Made by a program: the position numbers and the translations under genes. Shown here in pieces: positions 23,871 through 25,949 of a stretch of DNA of 25,949 nt. Positions within the stretch are counted from its first letter, which is position 1. Every line of letters starts with the position of its first letter. The notes below the pieces were generated by a model. The model did no database searches. It saw only the letters and a program-made list of their open reading frames with translations, and was not told where the DNA came from. The DNA comes from Octopus sinensis (Eukaryota): positions 1 through 25,949 of the forward strand of contig NW_021836784.1 of assembly GCF_006345805.1 (NCBI RefSeq), given 5' to 3'.

Positions 23871-24812
23871 TGATTATATTCATGCGTATATACTTATCCA
23901 GATATCTGCCTATACACCTGCAATTCTGACATTCAAACAGACCAGCTTCACGCTTTTGTGTAACGTTCCGACGTAGAGTTAATTCATAGCGATTACCTAA
24001 TACATTTTCTACCTATCATTCTGTATCGTCAACCGCTTCCTTGGTAACTACAGTTCAGTGCAAGCTATTAACCTTCCAGGCTATCAATGATATCATGATA
24101 TAGAAAATGGATACTACATGGCACCTCTCTATTTATTTCAAATACGTTAAGCTGTCGAATGAGAGTCCATGACATCATTCAGACTTAGCGTAAATCAATA
24201 AACACCAGTGTCTACGATGTAACACACACAAACACACACACATACGCTCATACACATACACACTCATATCTATCTATATGTGTGAGTGTGTGCGTGTTTA
24301 TTGTGTTTATATGTGTGGGTCTATGTGTCTGAGTGCGTCGCTGTATGTGCGTATACCTGTGAGAATTCGTGAGTGCAATTATATGATTGCAATAGCTTTT
24401 CTAACGAGTTTATTTGTCTGTATATCTATCGTTATATCGTTATATCCCCCTATAACTCTCTCTAATATCTACGTACTTATGTACGTGGGTATTTATGAGC
24501 AGTTTTGCAGTAATGCAGTTAAGCAATGTATACGTCAGCAGTTCGAGACAAAATGTCTCTTGTAGAGCTAGAGAGCTTTATAGTTCATAAGCTCACTTCT
24601 CAACGAAGTTGCTTGGCTTTAGATTTCAATGCCAGGAAGATTTCGAATATATATTCTATTGCACGAGTATGCACGCATACTACACGCACACACCATACAT
24701 TTTGTGTATTTATAAGAGTTGTGTACACGCCCCTAGACGATGAAGTAGGCTAGCCCAATACGTAGATATAGAAGAAGTTAGACGTCGGAGTTGAGTAGAG
24801 GTCATGTGAACG

Positions 24813-24992
24813 TGCGATATAAAAGCGGCAACGAGGATGAGATAGCTTACACAGCCACTGTGTAGCACTGCGATATAACAGAAGTGAGGAGGACTGCGCA
24901 GGTCACACAACCACTGTGTAGTATTGCGATATAACAGTGGCCACGAGGATTTCGTAGCTCACACAGCCACTGTGTAGTATTGCGATATAACA
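24813..24992. repeat. 56-bp minisatellite, about 3.2 units
   Basis: ACACA(G/A)CCACTGTGTAG starts at 24849, 24905 and 24961. TGCGATATAA starts at 24813, 24869, 24925 and 24981. Confidence 0.92.
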
Positions 24993-25231
24993 ATAAGCTT
25001 CTTGATGGTGGTGGTAAATTTTCCTATAAATAGAAGCGCTCTAGGTAACGTTCAAATCACACGTATTTCTAACAAATACAATTACTTTTGCAGTTAATCC
25101 AATGATTTAGATATACTGATTTTGTTGTTTTCTTGTATATCTGTTGTCTTTAATCACAGTCTTTATATAAAAAAACACATTATCTACAATGTCAAGCATC
25201 AGCTTGATTGACAATGGCAATATTTATATCT

Positions 25232-25339
25232 ACGTTGCCTTGTGTACCCTTATCAGACGGGTATTCATGTTGGGTATACTGGGCTACGTATATTTTACCC
25301 CAGTGTCCCTTTGCTGGTATGCGCTGCTCTCTCACTCAA
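25232..25339 (+). mobile_element. 5'-truncated retroposon 3' end flanked by 27-bp direct repeats
   Basis: A 108-bp insert ending CTGCTCTCTCACTCAA lies between TGATTGACAATG(G/A)CAATATTTATATCT copies at 25205-25231 and 25340-25366. Confidence 0.75.
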
Positions 25340-25845
25340 TGATTGACAATGACAATATTTATATCTGAGTTAATGTGGATGCACTAATAGAACTTCGAAT
25401 ACTGCAGTAAAGGCTAGAAAGATACTCTAATATAGACAAAGCGAACTCACAGTACAACCATATATGGATAGCAGAAGGGAAACGCGCCGTAAATGACTGA
25501 TAACGTAATTTCAGCGCACTGTCATATCTATTTTTGATAAGCTTCCCGGCTACTTGCGTCACGGAGAGAAGGAAGTAACTCTTATAATATATATCGTTGA
25601 GAGTAATATTTCGTTGTCATGCAGCAACTGGGCACCTGTATCTGAAGAAGTGTAGTACGCTGAAATAACGTGATCTGGCAGATCCATGCCCGATGCTAGA
25701 CGGTTCTCATTTTCGAAGGATATATATCTGTACCTATAGGACCATGCGTCAGAAATGAGAGGATCTCACCAATCGAGCACTACAGTATTCAGTATTCTAA
25801 TAATAAATGCATGTTATGTAGAATATATGTGATAATTATTCGGTT

Positions 25846-25914
25846 GCCATAATAAAGTCCCGAGTTTCGGATGTCGGGGCGGAAATCTGCGCCGGCATCT
25901 CGTCAGTTATTGTC
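25846..25914 (-). ncRNA. Type I hammerhead-ribozyme-like motif (degenerate copy)
   Basis: Minus strand reads AAUAA-CUGACGA-GAUGCCGGCG-loop-CCCCGACAUC-C-GAAA-CUCGG-GAC-UUUAUUAUG. The core boxes are intact and stem II pairs 8 of 10. The cleavage triplet is GAC instead of GUC. Confidence 0.6.
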
Positions 25915-25949
25915 ATAATAAATTACGAGATGCCAGGGCAGATTTCCAC

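Noticed and set aside
24813-24992. CRISPR-like repeat-spacer appearance
   Set aside because: The spacers are homologous to each other, there are only three repeats, no cas genes are present, and the context is eukaryotic.

Overview
Eukaryotic, AT-rich, microsatellite-dense non-coding DNA, probably intergenic or intronic. It is most likely from an octopus (coleoid cephalopod); I infer this from the tRNA-derived SINE families, recalled rather than searched, and the very high density of (TA)n, (TG)n and (GAT)n repeats. I found no supportable host exon, rRNA, tRNA or CRISPR. The window is a mosaic of transposon remnants. The largest is a 5'-truncated CR1-group LINE on the minus strand (about 4736-8090) with a CCCH-finger ORF1 end, an APE endonuclease and an RT. 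There are also three Tc1/mariner fragments, copies of several SINE families (two interrupted inside their internal microsatellite), and probable degraded Penelope, Helitron and other LINE relics. The most unusual signals are three fold-back elements: a perfect 36-bp palindrome at 8165-8239, an imperfect ~60-bp inverted repeat at 21068-21212, and an inverted pair of hammerhead-ribozyme-like motifs at 25846-25949. Further degenerate hammerhead half-motifs suggest a dispersed Penelope/retrozyme-like family. Other points of note are a head-to-head (GAT)n/(CAT)n tract with an open Asp-rich frame, a 56-bp hairpin minisatellite and a 27-bp target-site duplication. Most ORFs in the supplied track are microsatellite artefacts.
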